Positions 17,007 through 18,591 of a stretch of 18,591 nucleotides of DNA are shown here, in pieces. Source of the stretch: Promethearchaeota archaeon (GTDB lineage: Archaea; Asgardarchaeota; Lokiarchaeia; Sigyniarchaeales; SOKP01); the NCBI GenBank assembly GCA_048940645.1, contig JBHLOI010000062.1, positions 1 through 18,591 on the forward strand. Reading direction: 5' to 3'. A program made the translations under genes and the position numbers. Numbering within the stretch: the first letter of the stretch is position 1; every line of letters begins with the position of its first letter. The notes under the pieces were generated by a model, which ran no database searches, was not told the DNA's origin, and saw nothing but the letters and a program-made list of their open reading frames with translations.

Positions 17007-17060
17007 TTTGGCATATTTTGAACTTACTATTAAAATCTCCCACGTTTTCTAATAGCTTAA

Positions 17061-17897
17061 TTAAGAAATTTTCTTTCGGATTTTATTTATGAGTTTATAA
17101 TCAAATTTAATTTTGCTATTATTGCATAATTCGATCAACACATTTAATATCATAAATTTTCCATACTTTTTATTAAAACTTTTGAGAAGTATCTTGAGCA
17201 ACTTTTTACCTTTAATAATAGATTTGGAATGCTGGTTGATATAGTTTAAAATTTCTTCTTTTAATAGAATTTTAATATTTTTATCATAAAATCTGGCTAT
17301 TTTAAATCCTGAAAATTCTGTACAAAATAACTTCCAACTAGGAATTTCCATAAAATTGGAGCTACGGTAAAAAAAAGTCGTGTACCTAAATCTAAACATA
17401 CCTCTTTTTCTTTTATTTAATAATTTAGTAAAATGAAGCGCAAAGGGGATTGATACAGATATATTTTTTTTAAGGTGAACTAAATTAATATAATAGACAC
17501 GTCCACCATACATTCTATGCAAAAAGCTTTCAGCAGGGCTAATTTTAATCTCCTTTTTATCCTTTGGCGATTTTGGTGAAACCACACAATTTCCTTGACC
17601 ATAGAGTATCCATAATACGTAAATACCTATGTCATTATAATCTTTTGTTCTCTTTTTTAACTCTTTCACGGATATTTTCGAATTCTGTACCTCTATAACT
17701 ATCTCTTTACCATTGTTTAATTTCAAGTAGATATCGGCAAATCTATTGCCAAAATATTTTTCGAGAGATTTTTCTATTACATTATCATTATTCTCGCACA
17801 AATCTTGACATAATAATACTTTGAGAGCTTTATGAATCCCAGATTCTGCTGGTGTACTAATTAAGGACATTTCTCTCATTTTGTTTTTTCTTTTCAA
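17061..17897 (-). CDS. CoiA-like PD-(D/E)XK nuclease domain protein
   Basis: ES..HK..K, EKYF..RFADI, IEVQNS.IS, RTKDY...GIYVLWI pattern of the CoiA nuclease domain. Start may be the ATG at 17879. Confidence 0.75.
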   Translation of the reverse strand: MKRKNKMREMSLISTPAESGIHKALKVLLCQDLCENNDNVIEKSLEKYFGNRFADIYLKLNNGKEIVIEVQNSKISVKELKKRTKDYNDIGIYVLWILYGQGNCVVSPKSPKDKKEIKISPAESFLHRMYGGRVYYINLVHLKKNISVSIPFALHFTKLLNKRKRGMFRFRYTTFFYRSSNFMEIPSWKLFCTEFSGFKIARFYDKNIKILLKEEILNYINQHSKSIIKGKKLLKILLKSFNKKYGKFMILNVLIELCNNSKIKFDYKLINKIRKKIS

Positions 17898-18084
17898 TCA
17901 GATGTTTCATATGTGAATAAAATTTATAAGATAAAAAAAGAAGGAGTTTCACAATTTTCTATATTTTTAATGCGTATAATATCGCATCAGACAAAAATGA
18001 AAATAGTTATATGTTTTCCCATCATATGTTTTTATTACCTTGAAATCCAAGGATTGATTTAGAACAAACGAGGCAAAAAAAGCT

Positions 18085-18390
18085 ATGTTAATTATGATTA
18101 CAACATGGGTTCCACCCCATAAAGCAATGGAATTAGCAAAATTATATTTAAAACAACCTAGAGAGATACCTTACGTAACAAAATGGCGTGTTTTTAATAC
18201 AGTAGCAGGAAAAGATGGTATGAAGGCATATCATTTAATATATACAGAAAGGGGAAAAGGTGAAGAAGCAACAATGGAAATTAACAAATACTTTTTCCCT
18301 TTTAGTCAAATTGAAGGTTTTAATATGCAAGCTGAGGTATTAATGGGTGTTTCAGATAGTTATAAGGCAGTTGGGATGAAATGGGAATAA
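18085..18390 (+). CDS. Small hypothetical protein (DUF3303/dimeric alpha-beta-barrel-like)
   Basis: 101-aa ORF with a beta-alpha-beta pattern (TTWVPP, G..GMKAY); GAGG SD-like site; T-tract at 18422-18429 downstream. Confidence 0.7.
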   Translation: MLIMITTWVPPHKAMELAKLYLKQPREIPYVTKWRVFNTVAGKDGMKAYHLIYTERGKGEEATMEINKYFFPFSQIEGFNMQAEVLMGVSDSYKAVGMKWE

Positions 18391-18532
18391 AGAATATTAA
18401 AAATCTAATTTCTAAATAACTTTTTTTTTAAATATTTCTATCATCTTTCTTTATTAAACACTAGTACACATCATAAATTCACCTATCTGTATTGAATTAT
18501 AAATAAAGAATTCTAAAAAGTATGTGAGAAAT

Positions 18533-18591
18533 ATGGTAGATAAACATTCTCAAAGTTTTTTTGGGCAATCAACAGGTTTAACATTGTTAAG
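18533..18591 (+). CDS. 3'-truncated hypothetical protein (MVDKHSQSFFGQSTGLTLL...)
   Basis: ATG preceded by ATGTGAG and a TTATAAATA TATA-like box; frame open to the window end. Confidence 0.5.
   Translation, partial: MVDKHSQSFFGQSTGLTLL

Noticed and set aside
16498-17060. Replication origin, dif site or CRISPR array in the long intergenic gap
   Set aside because: No ORB-like repeats or adjacent cdc6/orc1, no 11-6-11 dif geometry, no regularly spaced direct repeats
17970-17987. Dyad ATGCG-N8-CGCAT between divergent genes
   Set aside because: 5-bp arms are too short to distinguish from chance

Overview
AT-rich archaeal chromosomal window. The gene content (GPN-loop GTPase, two TrmB regulators, Lrp/AsnC, TIGR04076, DUF6125, zinc-ribbon membrane protein, GGAGGT/AGGTGA Shine-Dalgarno sites) best fits an Asgard archaeon, probably Lokiarchaeia; this is an inference. 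I find about 23 CDSs (two truncated by the window edges) and no rRNA, tRNA, CRISPR array or transposase. Main points: (1) an unannotated single-TM small ORF (11535-11678) ends GGG-UGA-GC, is the only UGA-terminated ORF among my calls, and is followed about 50 nt later by a kink-turn hairpin resembling a SECIS, making it a candidate SelK/SelS-like selenoprotein; (2) a cytosolic IFT52-like GIFT-domain protein; (3) a candidate ~150-nt structured ncRNA with its own TATA box and flanking palindromes downstream of a CoiA-like nuclease; (4) a GPN GTPase that must start at ATT or be read through an amber codon; (5) a eukaryote-type xylulokinase. All family calls come from motif recognition by eye; no searches or folding programs were run.
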